From: Eledone cirrhosa
Taxonomy: Eukaryota
Length of the DNA: 64,000 nucleotides
Direction of reading: 5' to 3'
Assembly (NCBI GenBank): GCA_964016885.1
Contig: OZ024740.1
Location: forward strand, 195,858,001 to 195,922,000
The notes beneath the pieces are model-generated. The model saw only the letters and a program-made list of their open reading frames with translations. It was not told the DNA's origin and searched no databases. Positions within the stretch are counted from its first letter, which is position 1; every line of letters starts with the position of its first letter. The position numbers were made by a program, and so were the translations under genes. Below, one piece after another: positions 24,263 to 38,137 of the stretch.

Positions 24263-27200
24263 AAATTATGTATATATATATATGTATATATATATATATG
24301 TATGTATGTATCATCATTTTACGTCTGCTTGATATATACATACATATATATATATATATACATGTATGTATGTATATATATGTATACACACACACATATA
24401 TATTAATTAGTAACTTCATTATCTAGCTGTCCAAACTGCTATTTTATCAAGCTATTACGTGATGTGTTTTTGTTGATTATTCAATGTAAATAGTACTTGT
24501 TCACATTGTAGCTTTAAGAAGGAAATAATGTGAAAATAGAATTGAACAATGGACATTGGAGGTATTTTCTCATTAGATCAACATAATCAGAAAAAGAAAA
24601 ACTACTGATTAGTAATTTTGTATTTTTAATACTTTCAATTCCATTTCTCCCAGTAGCTCATGTAATTCCTGGCTATTGAATTATAGTTCATTATAAACTG
24701 TTAAGGTGCACTTCTTAGTAGTTAGAGAGTTGGATTCACAATTGTGATGTTATAAGTTCAATTCTTGGTCTGGGCGATACATTATGTCCTTCAGCAAAAC
24801 ACTTTGTTTCATGAAACAAAAATAAGTTAATAAGTCAACAGTGTTACTAAGCTAGCTAAAATTCAACATGTTTTTGAACCATTGGTTTTTATTTCCGTGT
24901 TATTCATTATATCTGAGCTGTCCATGTTATACATTATGTCTGAGTTATTCAAATTCTTTGTACTGGACAGTATTTGTTTTATATATTGAAAATATTACTG
25001 AACATGGAAACACTGTACCTTTGTTGAACTGGAAGATCGTTATTATTCACAAATGACTATCATACTGAAACTGTACCCTTGTGTGAATTATCTTTGAATA
25101 GGAGATAATGGTAGTGCTGTCACTGCCTCTAATGAGCTTTCAAACACCACCTCCTGTTTGTTGATCAAGATGGGTAGCACTTCTTACTTACAATGTCTTG
25201 ATATTCTGGCAAAAAAAAAAAAATCATATTTTTATTCTATGACACCAAATTGAACTTAAAGGAAAACCCAGAGAGAAATTGACATATGTTATAGTCAGGA
25301 ATGTGTCACAAGCAACTACAAAGACATGTTTATATTGTTTCAATCCAATAGTAACAAAAATGTAAAAAAAAACAGCCCAAGTTTTTTAATATACCAATGG
25401 CTTTCCCTGGTGCTTGATCTGCTTTGTAACTTAAATAAGAATTTTATTGTTAATTATCAAATAGTAATTAATTTCAATCTATTCTTAAGAAGTGGTTCAT
25501 TTTATATTTTGAGCAAATATTCAAAGTATTTCTTTCTCTAGAACTATTTTTTTTTTACTTATTATCCAAATCTTCTAATTGTCTCTGCACTAAAATTAAA
25601 AAAAAAAAGTATAATTCAGATGTAGATAACCATTGAGGACTATTCAGAGTTGAACACTTTAAAAGCTATTAAATACATACAAGCATTGAAAAATGGGCGC
25701 TAAACGATGATGATGATGATGATGATGATGATGAAAGTAACAAAGCCTTTATGTGGTTGGCAGTCTTATTAGAAATATCAGCTACATTTCCTTGCAAATT
25801 ACACCCTGCTATTTTAAGATAAGACATGGCTAGAACACTTTTGATCATAGATCTGTTCAGTAATGACTGCCCTGGGGTGTCTAAACAATGAAGAAACATT
25901 AAAGGTTATATTTGTCTGCCTCTGCGTGGCTGCCCTTTCTATGTACGATTTTGTTTACTAACATGATTGATGTTTTGTGTAGATAGCTTTTCACAGATTT
26001 CAATGTTTTCTTAATGTAGATAATGGATCAGAAATGAAGAGTATTCATAGTATGTAGAATTGCTTAGAGAGTTTACTTTTTTCTCATGAATTGCTGTTAG
26101 TAGATAAAAGAAAAATTTAAATTCCTGAGGACAATACTTCAATTATTCTTGTCAAGCTTTCCTATTACCAGACAACTGACTCATTGGACTTTTGTTTGAA
26201 GGCACTAAAGAGTATTGTATCATTACTTCTGCTGTTACTGTTGTAGTTACAGTCATTTCTTTAGAGTCTTTGTGAATTAACATTGCATTCTACTGAGTGC
26301 TTAATAATGTATCCAGAGGAGTGAACTGACTGGATTATGCACCAGTGCCAAATTTTAATAACTTTTGAATAGTCTTATAATATATTGTTTTGGTTAAAGG
26401 AGTGCAATAAACAAGAACATAATTCTTCTGCAGCAGGCAGTGTTTTTGTGTTTGTTGTAAGAAAGTAATATTTTCCTTGGCAGAACAAATTACACCTGTA
26501 ATTCTACTCTTATTTCCAATTTAACGTCATTCTTGCCAATTACACTTGTTGTTTTCAGCTTGCCTGATAATTTGTAGAATATGCCCTCTGAGATTTATTA
26601 TATGCGTTATTAGTCTTTCATCAGAAACAATCGCCTATAGAGCTTTTCATAAGTGTTTCTGAGATTGATAATCGCTGAGGTAATTTTCCTTATGAAATAA
26701 GTATACAGTAATTGACACTGTTCACTTACAATTCCTCCTTCCTAATCTGAAACAGGGGTGGGGGTAATGAATACTTTTGCCCTATTATGTTAAAACATAG
26801 CTAAAAAACAACAGCCTAGAGGGAATTAAATGTATTACTAGGAATATAGAACAAATCTATAACCAAGTCTCTAGTCACATGATGTTGCTGAAAGAAAAAG
26901 AATACAGCTCTGATTATAAAGGTCCCAGCTCATTCCATACATCTTTTCAAATAGAAAGAATATTTTAGTTTGGTCAATAATGCTTCAGTATAAATCGAAG
27001 TGATGCTATTATTAGACATTGCTGGATCCACTGCAGACTTGAAGCCTATCTAGGTTATCTGAGACAAATTATATCACTGATCAAATTGAAATACTTTGTT
27101 TCTTTTTAAGTAGCACTCATCCCAAAATAAAGTATTCATATGAATTTAACTAATAACTAATACTTTATTTTTTATCAATTATGGTGTCTATCTGGTTTAG

Positions 27201-27958
27201 AATAGGTACACTGTACCCCTGCATGTCATAAGAAGCAGCTAAAAAGGTTGGTGTCTAAAAGGGCATCTGATTGCTTCAAAAAGTCCTGACCAACCCATGC
27301 CAGCATGAAAAAGCTATGTAAAAGCAATGACGATGATACCTTTTTATAGCTAAGTAGATTGAGCTTTTGAGAACTAATTGCCTTTACTTGGGAGGGATAT
27401 AATGTATGGTTGACCTCACTTCACCAGCTTAACCACCCCTGGTTCTGGGTATGAGCTATATTCATTTCACTGACTTTTAAAATCCCTTTGAGATGAAGGA
27501 GGCATTTAAATTTCTTTTATAAATCTGATACTTTGAGCTTATGTGAGAAAAATATATTGTTGGTACTTGTGGAAATAGAGCAAGAGGCTGTAATATAATT
27601 TTAATTTCCCTTCAACCCAATTCATCTCCCTTACATTGTGAACACCCTTGGGAAATGCACATCCCATTCTTCTAAAATACATAAGACGTTTATGGGAATT
27701 AATATTTTATAGGTATTTATTTTATTCATGTTGAAGGAAGGAAATATAAAGACACTTATGGCAGTATTTGAATTCAGTGACACAAGGAAAATATTTAGTG
27801 TACCTGCACCAAACTAGCATATGAAGTGTATCTGTTTATGTTCACTATTTCATTTAAGATTGACCTTAAAATATACAAGTAAAGTTATTCTCAGAAATTA
27901 TAAGCTATTGGCCTCAAGTTCAATATCTTAATTACTCTCCATTGGTTTGATGATATAG

Positions 27959-28232
27959 CAGAGGCGTAACTAGAGTATAGCAAGCATGGCACGTGCCATG
28001 GGAGCCACTTAGACCAGGAGCACTTTCCATTAAAGTCAGATAAGCTTTTGGCAGAAAGTGAAAAAAGAAATTCCTTCAGCTGTATAATCTGTCTTTGATT
28101 ATCATGTGTGAGAAGCACTATGGATCGTTAAACCATTTATATAAATTATTACCTTAGTTAAAAATACAGTGCTAGGCAGAAGCACAGTTTCACTGCTTGC
28201 CATAGGCATTAGTTTCCCTAGTTACGTCTCTG
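27959..28232. mobile_element. hAT-type MITE with 8-bp TSD
   Basis: TIRs cagaggcgtaactag / ctagttacgtctctg (14/15); TSD tgatatag at 27951-27958 and 28233-28240; 274 bp, no ORF. Confidence 0.88.
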
Positions 28233-28540
28233 TGATATAGTGATATTGAATTGCCAGCTTATAGATCTTAAGTACAAATCCACTGCAGGCATATTTATTA
28301 TTGTGTAATAGGCTGACATAGTTAATTCTACATGCTTCAGTTAACATAACTGCTGAGAACAGGAACCACACTGTCCAGAAATGTTGCTAGTAGTAGTCTT
28401 ATATCTCAAAATGGAATTATCACCTACTTCACACCTAGAGTTATGTAATAAAATCAGAGCTAATTATTTGCTCAAAAGAATCTGGGGGCATTTATCATTT
28501 ATCATTTTACTTGTTTTGATATTCATTTATCCATGTTTGT

Positions 28541-28767
28541 TTAACCCTTTAGCATTTAAACTGGCCATATCCACCCAGAATTCCCTCACCTCTTTCTGTT
28601 CAAACCGGCCATAACTGGCTGCTCATACTGATATTAAGGTATTGTTCTCAAAATAAATAATATCAAAATCTCGTAGAGTTGATATTATGTGAGATAATTA
28701 TGTAAGATGAAGCTTTTACCACAAAAATACAATAGTATATATAGTTATGTAAATACTAAAGGGTTAA
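28541..28767 (-). mobile_element. piggyBac-type MITE family 1
   Basis: TTAA-ccctttagcattt ... aaatactaaaggg-TTAA. Confidence 0.88.
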
Positions 28768-29420
28768 TGTTAATTCGTGTGTGGAGTTTCCTAAGCTCAA
28801 TCTGTATGAATGGCTAGCTGGTATTTTTTAGAGCATACTTGAGATGTTGATTTTTATATATACACTTGTTAGCACCCTAAATATATTATTATTGTAACAC
28901 TATATTAAGAAAAACAGAAAAAATATATTCTAAACTGGAAAGCTCCTATACTTTCTGTTCCACACCATTAATTTTGTCTTTCCTCTAAGGGCTGCAATTT
29001 TGATTACTTTGTCAGGTTAATGATTCTAGATTTGGTGCACCTCACATTACCTGTCTTTGATCTATTTGTAATGGAACTCATTTTTGTTATATGTTTCGTA
29101 AGTATAATTCTTCTACATCTATTTTCATCATACCAGGAAAGAGAAATCAACTTTGTAGAAATTACACTCAGAGTTCATTTTGCCATATGCCACTTTCAAT
29201 ATGAATGTATGGATTTCTTGATTTTTCTAACAGATAGTTATTATTTTTGGAGATGACTAAGTGGCAGCATATATATTTAGGGTTGTTCCTTTTGTTATTT
29301 AGCTTCCTTCCTTTTAGTTTTCAGTTAGCAATTGCACTAATTTTAACTTTGCTTTCATCTTTTTTAGATTAAATCACCAGAAAGAATGAATATAGCCAGG
29401 TTTACCCCACATTTTCAATA

Positions 29421-29633
29421 TTAACCCTTTAGCATTTACATTACTTATTATATACTATTGTGTTTTCGTGGTAGAGGCTTTATCTCACATAATATCGAAT
29501 CTGAGATTTTATGTTATTTATTTTGAGAACAATACCTTAACATCAGTATGAGTGGCCAGTTATGGCTGGTTTGAACAAAAAGAGGTGAGAGAATTCTTGC
29601 TGGATACAGCTGGTTTAAATGCTAAAGGGTTAA
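29421..29633 (+). mobile_element. piggyBac-type MITE family 1
   Basis: Perfect TIRs ccctttagcattta / taaatgctaaaggg with TTAA. Further copies at 43332-43522 and 61527-61745. Confidence 0.9.
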
Positions 29634-30389
29634 TGTTATATGTAAGAAATCATTATTTATAAACTCAAAAGTCAGTAAAATGGTAGAGTGTAGGATTAAA
29701 TAAATATTTTGTCATACCTTTTTACATTCTAAGTCCAACTCCCATCAAAGTTTATTTTGCCTTTATCCAATCCAACCTAGTAATATACTGGAGTTGATCC
29801 AATCAACTATAATTTTTGGTCTTGATCCAAAGTTAGCTTTGTAAAATAAAATACATCATCTCCCTCCAAAAAGGGTAGGTAGGAACACTTTAATATGACC
29901 AGATCTCTATAAAAAACCAGGGCATTTCAGGCGGGTTGCTGTCAAAAAGGCTTAATTAAATTCATTAGAATGACACTTCAAAGAGAAACTAGACACTAAA
30001 ATGTTATCAGTATTTATCTTATGATGTTTATTTAAATATTAAAAAAATAAATGTTCAAATGTATGTGTGGTGTTAAATATGGAGTCGGATGAGTAAAAAT
30101 GCAAATGTTATTATAGAGAGATTACAATCATTATTTACTTGGTATAAATGTCTTGATATGATGAATTCAACTTTGACATTTTATTTTCTTTCAACTAAAT
30201 ACCTAACTATTTCTATTTTGACAGGCCTCTATGGTTAACATAAACAAAGTTACTGCTAAGAATAAAAATATAATTTCAATTTGATAAATGAAATTGAAAG
30301 TGGTATATATATATACACATATATATATATATACACATACCACTGTAATGTGGTTGTTGTTAGGAAGGCTCTGGCTGTAAAATCATAAT

Positions 30390-30998
30390 TATCACCATTT
30401 AATGTCCATTTTTCCACACTATCATGGATTAGATGAGTTGTCCTGTTAGCAATGTCAGGTCAGGAGACCATGTCTTGCTCATACAGAACTGATTTGGGCT
30501 GGGTTTCTACAGCTGGATGCACTTCCTAATGCCAACCCCATTTACAGTGAGTATTGGGTGCTTTTTGTCGTGACACCTGCACAACCACTTTACAGTGTGG
30601 GCTGGGTGCTTTTTGTTGTGACACCTGCACAACCACTTTACAGTGTGGGTTGGGTGCTTTTTGTCGTGTCACCATCACGACCACTTTACAGTCTGGGCTG
30701 GGTACTTTTTGTCATGTTGCCATCACAACCAATGTAAAGCGGACGTGTAGGAGTCTTGATAAAAAGTGCCCAGCCCACACAGAAAAGTGTTCGTGTAGGT
30801 GTCACGACAAAAAGCACCCAGCACACACTGTAAATGTGATTGGCATTAGGAAGGGCATCCAGCTATAGAAACCAAGCAAAAATCAGTTCTGTGTGAGCAA
30901 AACACAGTCCTCCGACCTTGATCTCTCACAACAGGACAGCCCGTCCTACCTATTCTATTGTGGAAAATGAACGTTAAATGATGAGGATGATGATGATG
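30390..30998. mobile_element. Head-to-head pair of family C repeats with an internal 48-bp minisatellite
   Basis: Minus copy 30390-30730 and plus copy ~30735-30998; the unit tttacagtgtgggctgggtgctttttgtcgtgacacctgcacaaccac starts at 30541, 30589, 30637 and 30685. Confidence 0.85.
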
Positions 30999-31864
30999 TA
31001 TGTATATATATTTATATATTCACATATGCATACACATATAGTATAGAAGTTAAGGGCCAAAATACTTGCATGAGGTGGTTTTCTTCTCTGAAGAGCTTCT
31101 GCTGTCCAGCTCTTCTGAGAGTTTCTTACCACTATTAATAAGAATTACCCATTGCAAAATATTGTTCAATATGCCACCAGGCAGAAGGAGCATAAATATA
31201 CTGGCCTTCAGATTGCACTATATTTGTAGCAACTTATCAAAATATATTTGCTAGCTTGCCAAACGAAGAATGCAAATGCAAGAAAGTTGACTATAGGGAA
31301 AATTTGTTATAAAATTGTTACAATTTTTTTTTTTTTCATTTTTGCAATCTTGGTATTTTTTTCTTTTCATTTATATTTGTTTTTTGTTGTTACTTTTTAC
31401 ACACCTCTTCTCTTCTCTCTCTCACAACAATAAATACTGATCCCCAGGATGAAAGTGATTATCTTGACATATAGCTTCTCCCAATTATTTCTCAGTCAAT
31501 TAGCTGATTAGTTCATTTGGAACTGCAACAGGAACTATATGAACCAATCAGATGTTAATGTAGATTAATAGGTTCTTACATTCTAACACCCTCAACCATC
31601 ACAAAACTATTCAGAAAATTGAACTCTGTTTCATAAACTTGAATTCAATTCATTAGTTTTTTGTTATATTCTTTTTCATTATATTAATCCTGTTTTATTT
31701 TATTTTTTAAATTACTTTTGCACAAACATTAATGAAATTGCAATTTTTTCTCTCCTCTCCCATCCTTAAATTTCAGTAGAAATGTTTTGTGAGAGAAGTA
31801 GCTGTTTGTTTTGACATATGCTAAATTTACATCTATAAATACATATATATTTATGTATGTATGT

Positions 31865-32075
31865 ATACCACATATGTCCGCTGACACATACCTGTGTCAT
31901 AGATAGGACAGTTAGTCAGTATGCATTGGTTTTTGTTGTCACTGGATTGCTTTTTAGATAGGCATCCTTGCAGTGAAGGGTTGGAGAGAGCTAATTGTAT
32001 GTTCAGTCTTTCCTTGCAGACGACTGTCGATTGCTGTGATTATGTTTTTGCTGAAGTGTTGTATTTTCATGAAGA
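31865..32075 (-). pseudogene. PLE relic: linker and start of GIY-YIG endonuclease
   Basis: Minus strand reads LNIQLALSNPSLQGCLSKKQSSDNKNQCILTNCPIYDTGMCQRTYVVY; a Cys cluster followed by VVY is typical of the PLE linker/EN junction. Confidence 0.65.
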
Positions 32076-32488
32076 CATTTAGTGGTTTTCATCGCAGTAG
32101 TAGTGATGTTTATCACAGTAGCAGTGGTGTTGCTTATGATTGAAATCCATTTGAGTTGGCAGGCAGCTCGAGAGTTGTGGTATTGTTTGAAGTGTCTGTG
32201 AATTCAGTGGTGGTAGTTTCTTGACTGTTGGTGTAGTGTGAAGAATTGTTGTGCAGTGATGTTTCTTGCAAAGCCAAAGGAATTTTTGTCTCAGGTGTGT
32301 CTTCTCGTGGTTGAGCTGGTTGTGATAACAATCATCCATAGCAGCAGTTGTTTTCTTTTATTTCTCATTCTATTTTCCGATGAAGGACTAATGTCCAAAT
32401 CGTTAAGACCCTTTTCCTACTATATCAAGTGTTAAACTAATATATTTCTTCATTGTACTGTGTTGTTTGCTTTGTTGTTTCAGTTTTT

Positions 32489-32489
<1 letters not shown>

Positions 32490-32531
<42 letters not shown>

Positions 32532-32560
32532 CACACTCACACACACACACACACACACAC
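32490..32560. repeat. (CA)n microsatellite
   Basis: Seen directly. Confidence 0.98.
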
Positions 32561-34626
32561 TAACTCATTCGTTCATTCAAGTCAACTGTTTCAGTCATGT
32601 GTCTTCACTGCCAGACTCATATTTTCTTGTGTTTTTTTCCTTTTTGTTTTAATATTTAAATGTTAATAGGTGAGTGAAGGTGCCACGAGAGCACTGGACC
32701 AATTACATTACTTATTTATTAGATATGGAATTTTATTTTGTGTGCACCCAGTTTCCAGTTTTATCCTTTACCATTACTGATAAAATATATAATACTAATA
32801 TAGCAAGTAGTTAGGGTGTTTTAGATTATAAAATCATTGGTTTGATCCTGAAAGTGGGCAGGATGCTGTCATTGAGCAAGGCACTTCAATTCATGTTGCT
32901 CCAATTCACTCAGCTATAAATACCAGCAACAGCAGCCTTGGGTTAACTTTGTGACAAACTAGCCTAATGCCACATGAAACAGACATAAGCCTATATGCCT
33001 CTAGGTTCAAGAACTTCAGCCTTTTAACTCTTAACATCCTGTGATGATTTAGTAGAAAATATCTAAAAATATGTTTGTTAATTCAAATATTTGTAGTATC
33101 TTTACTAGTGAACAGTTCATTGTGAAAATTTGCAGTATTAGTGTAAAGACTTAAATCTTTAATGTGATGCAGTCGTAGTGCTGTTTTGTTGTTTTAAAAA
33201 ATATCTTGCTAATGTGGTTTCATATGGTACAGGATGTTATGATTTACATATACTAGAGCGAATTCACTTGATTGTTCTATTTCTCTGGAACAAATTGCCA
33301 TGTACTAAAGAAACATATAAACATATATTCAGAAATATAACTAAATGAAAAACATATGTATGTAAACCTGGCATATGTATATATTTTTTTAATGTTTTTG
33401 CTGACAGTATTATGTTTTCTGTTTCTTAGAGTTCCATTGTATGCTTGTCAAATATATTTTTAAAAATTCAAATCATCACTTATTCTGATTCTTATTAGAA
33501 GTCTGTAACCTAAGGTAAACTAAACTGATAAGATGTGGCTTTAGAAGCAGAAACAGAAGTAAAAAGGAAAAATACAAAAATACATATCTTTGCTTTAGTT
33601 ACAATAAATTTTCCTCAACATGTCTTCCCCCTCAACCACCACCACCACCACTGCCTCCTTTGACTCTTTCTCAGCACTGTTCTTCACTCCATTCCTCTGT
33701 TTGTCTTAATCTCTAATTACCTAGAGCATTATGTCAGATATATTTGGCATCTTATATATATATAAAGGGTTTATCTCAATATTATTTCAGCATCAGCTAT
33801 GATATATCCATTACTGCTTATCATTTTACCCCTAGCTTAAACAAGATTCTTCTTTTCCTTATCAACAACTTAAAGAAGATCAGTTTTCATATATACCAAT
33901 TCCAATGACGAAAATTTGGTAGCAGACATTTCGACATTGGAATTGGTATATAATAAAATATCTAATACCTGGTTTCTTGTATTTTCATCCTATTTATTTT
34001 TTATCTTAGTTTTTCATTATATTCCTCTATTACCTCTTTCAACATCAAATGTTTTCGTGCAAACTGTATTTTTTATTTAGAATGAAGTGTAAATGTTTTT
34101 GTGAAACACTATAAATAACTGATGAAATTTCAGTCAATAAGTGCGACTTTTATTTTACACATTTATTTATTTTATTTATATTTATTTAATTATTCTAAAA
34201 GTGAGCAATCGTTTAATTTGTTTTATTTAGCTAATCTTCTCTCCTCTCATTTCTTTTCTTACGTTAGAAATAAACAAAAGGTAGAAAGAAAGGGACCCTG
34301 TTTTTTGAAAAGACAACTTTTGTTATTCATGGAATAAATTAATTTAAATAGCTGTCTACAAATATACACACCCACACACACATATACATAAATATGCAGC
34401 ATCATATACACTGTTACAATACACACACATCATGACATACACTTATAATGATATATACATTTGCATATGCACACATAATCTTACACTTATGTATGCATAC
34501 ATATACAATTTTGTTTGCTTATTCATTTATTCATACTTATATACAGTGAAGGCACATAGCTTAGTGTTTAGAGTGTTAAGCTTGCAATTGAGAAGTTGTG
34601 AGTACAATTCCAGGATTAGGTGATAC

Positions 34627-36430
34627 ATAGCTGCCGAGATGCTGAAGGCATCTGGGTCTGTAGGTCACACTATAACCACACGTATTGTTAACCAGGTAAT
34701 ACTAGAAGGTGTCATAGCAAAAGATTGGTGCAGTAGCATCATTGTCAACTGCTACAAAGGTAAAGGTGATGCACTAGATAGAGGAAACTATAGAGGTATA
34801 AAGCTGATGGACCAGGTCATGAAAGTAACAGAAAGAGTTATAGCACAGTTGATTAGGGACTGGGTGAAACTAGACGAGATGCAATTTGGGTTTGTACCAG
34901 GAAGAGGCACCACTGATGCCCTCTTCCTTGTCAGGCAGTTACAGGAAAAGTACCTAGCTAAAAGTAAGCCACTCTACCTGGCATTTGTCGACCTTGAGAG
35001 ACCCTTTGACAGAGTTCCACGTGCTGTAATCTGGTGGGCTCTTAGAAAACTAGGAGTAGATGAATGGCTTGTGAAAGCGGTACAAGACATGTATAGGGGA
35101 ACAGTCAGCAAAGTTAGGATTAGCAATGAGTATAGCGAGGAATTTAGCGTACAGGTTGGGGTCCACCAGGGCTCTGTTCTTAGCCCCCTCCTCTTCATCA
35201 TAGTCCTGCAGGCAAGACAGGATGCCCATGGGAACTCTTGTATGCTGATGACCTCGCACTTATAGCTGAATCTATGGTAGAACTAGAGAAGAAATTCCAA
35301 ACTTGGAAGCAGGGACTAGAAAGAAAGGGTCTCAAAGTCAACATGACAAAGACTAAGGTCCTTGTAAGTAGACAAGAAAACAGAACCCAGATCCCCTCAG
35401 GGAAATGGCCTTGCTCAGTATGTAGGAAAGGTGTAGGTAGGAACTCCATTCTCTGCTCCAAATGCAAACAATGGGTACACAAGAGATGTAGCGGGATCTC
35501 AGGAAGCTTAATTAGGCTTCATATGCAGCAGCTGTGCTGCGACAACAAGCAGCAAACAGCCACGGGAAACAAGTACCACCAATCTCTGGGAGGGCTCTGT
35601 AGAAACAGTAGACAGCTTCTGCTACCTAGGTGACCGAATTAGCAGCGGAGGTGGGTGTTCATAAAGTATAATAACTAGGGTAAGAACGGGATGGAAGAAG
35701 TTTAGGGAACTACTACCACTGCTAGCTGCAAAAGGCTTCTCCCTCAAAATGAAAGGCAGACTGTATGATGCGTGCATCCGAACAGCGATGTTGCATGGTA
35801 GTGAGACCTGGGCGCTGAAGGTGGAAGACTTAGGTAGATTAGAGAGAAACGAAGCCTGCATGCTCCGATGGATGTGTAATAGTAATATACGCGAACGACA
35901 AAGCATAAATGAATTGAGAGAGAGACTGAGCATAAGAGGAATCAAATGCTGTGTGCAGGAGAGGCGGTTGCGTTGGTATGGACATGTGATGCGTATGAAG
36001 GATGACAGCTGCATAAAAAGGTGCAGAGCACTAGAAGTCGATGGAAACCGCGGAGTGGGGAGACCCAAGATGACCTGGGATGAGGTGATAAAAGCCGACC
36101 TTACCCAATTACACCTCTCAAAGGCTATGACACACGACCGTGACCTCTGGCGTCACGCAGTAATACAGAGTACTCGACCTCCCATGGGTACAAGCTGAAG
36201 CATATAGACAATATGCCCTCACACACCCCACTGCAAGGTGGTCGTGGAGGTGGTGTACTGGCCATTGCCTTTCCCTTGGATAACATCAAAGGTATGGAGA
36301 GGGAAAACTGGTATACATGGGCGACTGCTGGTCTTCCACAAACAAACCTTGCCCAGGCTTGTGCCTCAGAGGGGAACTTTCTAGGTGCAAAACCATAGTC
36401 AGTAGTAACCGATGGGGGCCTAGGAAGATC
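34627..36430 (+). mobile_element. 5'-truncated RTE-clade LINE (RT, Cys/His finger, C-terminus), inactivated
   Basis: NYRGIKL, QFGF..GRGTTDA, AFVDLE..FD, GVHQGSVLSPLLF, YADD, CSVC..CSKC..WVH..C, RLRWYGHV. Frameshifting deletions at ~35213 and ~35515; in-frame TAA at ~35662. Confidence 0.95.
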
Positions 36431-36538
36431 ACACACACCATGTTGCTTACATATACATAAATCATTTCACACATACAAATCTTCACATGATCACACACAC
36501 TCATGCATATACAGATTTTGTCACCGCCCCTCCCTGCG

Positions 36539-36745
<207 letters not shown>

Positions 36746-37267
36746 CAATAATGCTGAGTAAATGACTTCATAATGTCTTTAAATTTTGTGTGAAGATGTA
36801 AATCAATTTACTTAGATCAATAAATAAATCAGAAATCAAATTAAAAGAAAAAGTTCAACAAGAATCTGTTGCAAGTCCATAATTAGAATCATTTACAAGC
36901 ACATATGCTCTCTCCCCCTTCATCCCCCTCATGTCTTCAACATCTCCCTCTTTCTCCCCCTCATGTCTTCAACATCTCCCCTAATGTCTTCTTTCTTCTC
37001 TTTGTTCTTTATCTCTTTATGTTGGGCTGAATTCTTGTCTATCAAAGACTGAAAATATGGAGAACATTCCTGGTTGTCCTTAAATTAAGGAAAGAAAATT
37101 TACAACTTAAAAAGGATTCTGCATGGAGAAAAAAAGAACATTTTTATAAAAAATACGTTTTAAAAAATATATTTATTGCTTGATTACTTTAAATAACTAA
37201 ACTGTGTGTTTATGAAAAAAAACTAGTGACTACCTTTGTCTATATAAAAGCTTTCTCTCTTTCTCTA

Positions 37268-37832
37268 CATCATCATCATTTAACGTCTATCTTCCACGCT
37301 AGCATGGGTTTAGACGGGAATTGTCCCACTTGAGGCATGATTGGTCGTCTCACTTGTATGGGACTCTCTGGCAGGTTTTCGACGGCTGGATGCCCTTCCT
37401 AACACCAACCACGTTTACAGTGTGGACTGGGAGGTTTTTACCGTGTTACCTACACGGCCACATTACAGCGTGGACTGTGTGTTTTTTTGTCGTGACACCT
37501 ACACGACCTCATTTATTTCGGACTGGATGTTGTGGTACCAACATAACTTTACAGAGAAAGGGTTGGTGGGGGTAGTGGGAGGGGGGGGGGTGTATATTTG
37601 ATTAAGAGGTGCCTACTGACTGTAGGTTTTGCTTTGTACTTAGGCAAGGCGGGTTTTCTGTATTACTGCGTAGCGCCAAAGATCTCGGTCCAGTGACATT
37701 GTCTGAGAGAAGTATTAGTGTGTAAGGTCAGAATTTATCAAATCGCCCCAGGTTTTTCTGGGTCTGCCTACTCCGTAACTTCCGTCAATTTTTATCGCCC
37801 TGCACTTTTTTATATAGCTGTCGTCTTTCATG
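37268..37832 (-). mobile_element. Short 3' fragment of RTE LINE (same 3'UTR type as the 23290 copy)
   Basis: Encodes MKDDSYIKKCRAIKIDGSYGVGRPRKTW...; 3'UTR and (GAT)n tail align with 23290-23690. Confidence 0.9.
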
Positions 37833-37842
37833 CTAAAGTTTT

Positions 37843-38088
37843 GGTACTAAAGTTTTGTTGGGTTATGGACCCCAACTCATTCAGCCTGTCATAATAAAAA
37901 TAAAGATGGCCACCAGAGATTCAACCTCTGGTGGCCATCTTTATTTTTATTATGATAGGCTGAATGATTTGGGGCCCAGAACCCAACGAAACTTAAGTAC
38001 CTGCTTATGTTACTGTTGTAACTATACCAAACTCGTCCTATGGACTGAGTGCTCTTACCTTTGGATATTTCTATCAAACTTTTACTAC
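37843..38088. mobile_element. Second fold-back PLE-like mini-element with head-to-head hammerhead motifs
   Basis: 76-bp arms at 37843-37918 and 37926-38001 (70/76), 7-nt loop; downstream tail similar to the 2959 element; ends at (TA)/(TG) tract. Confidence 0.75.
37956..38003 (+). ncRNA. Hammerhead ribozyme motif, variant core CUGAAUGA
   Basis: tagg CTGAATGA (t/g)ttggg-8nt-cccaac GAAAC ttaa GTA cctg; palindromic stem III acttaagt; mirror copy on minus at 37843-37888. Confidence 0.6.
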
Positions 38089-38090
38089 AG

Positions 38091-38137
<47 letters not shown>

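Noticed and set aside
32079-32339. Thr-rich mucin-like ORFs
   Set aside because: Low-complexity sequence within a PLE relic; no splice signals or recognisable domain.
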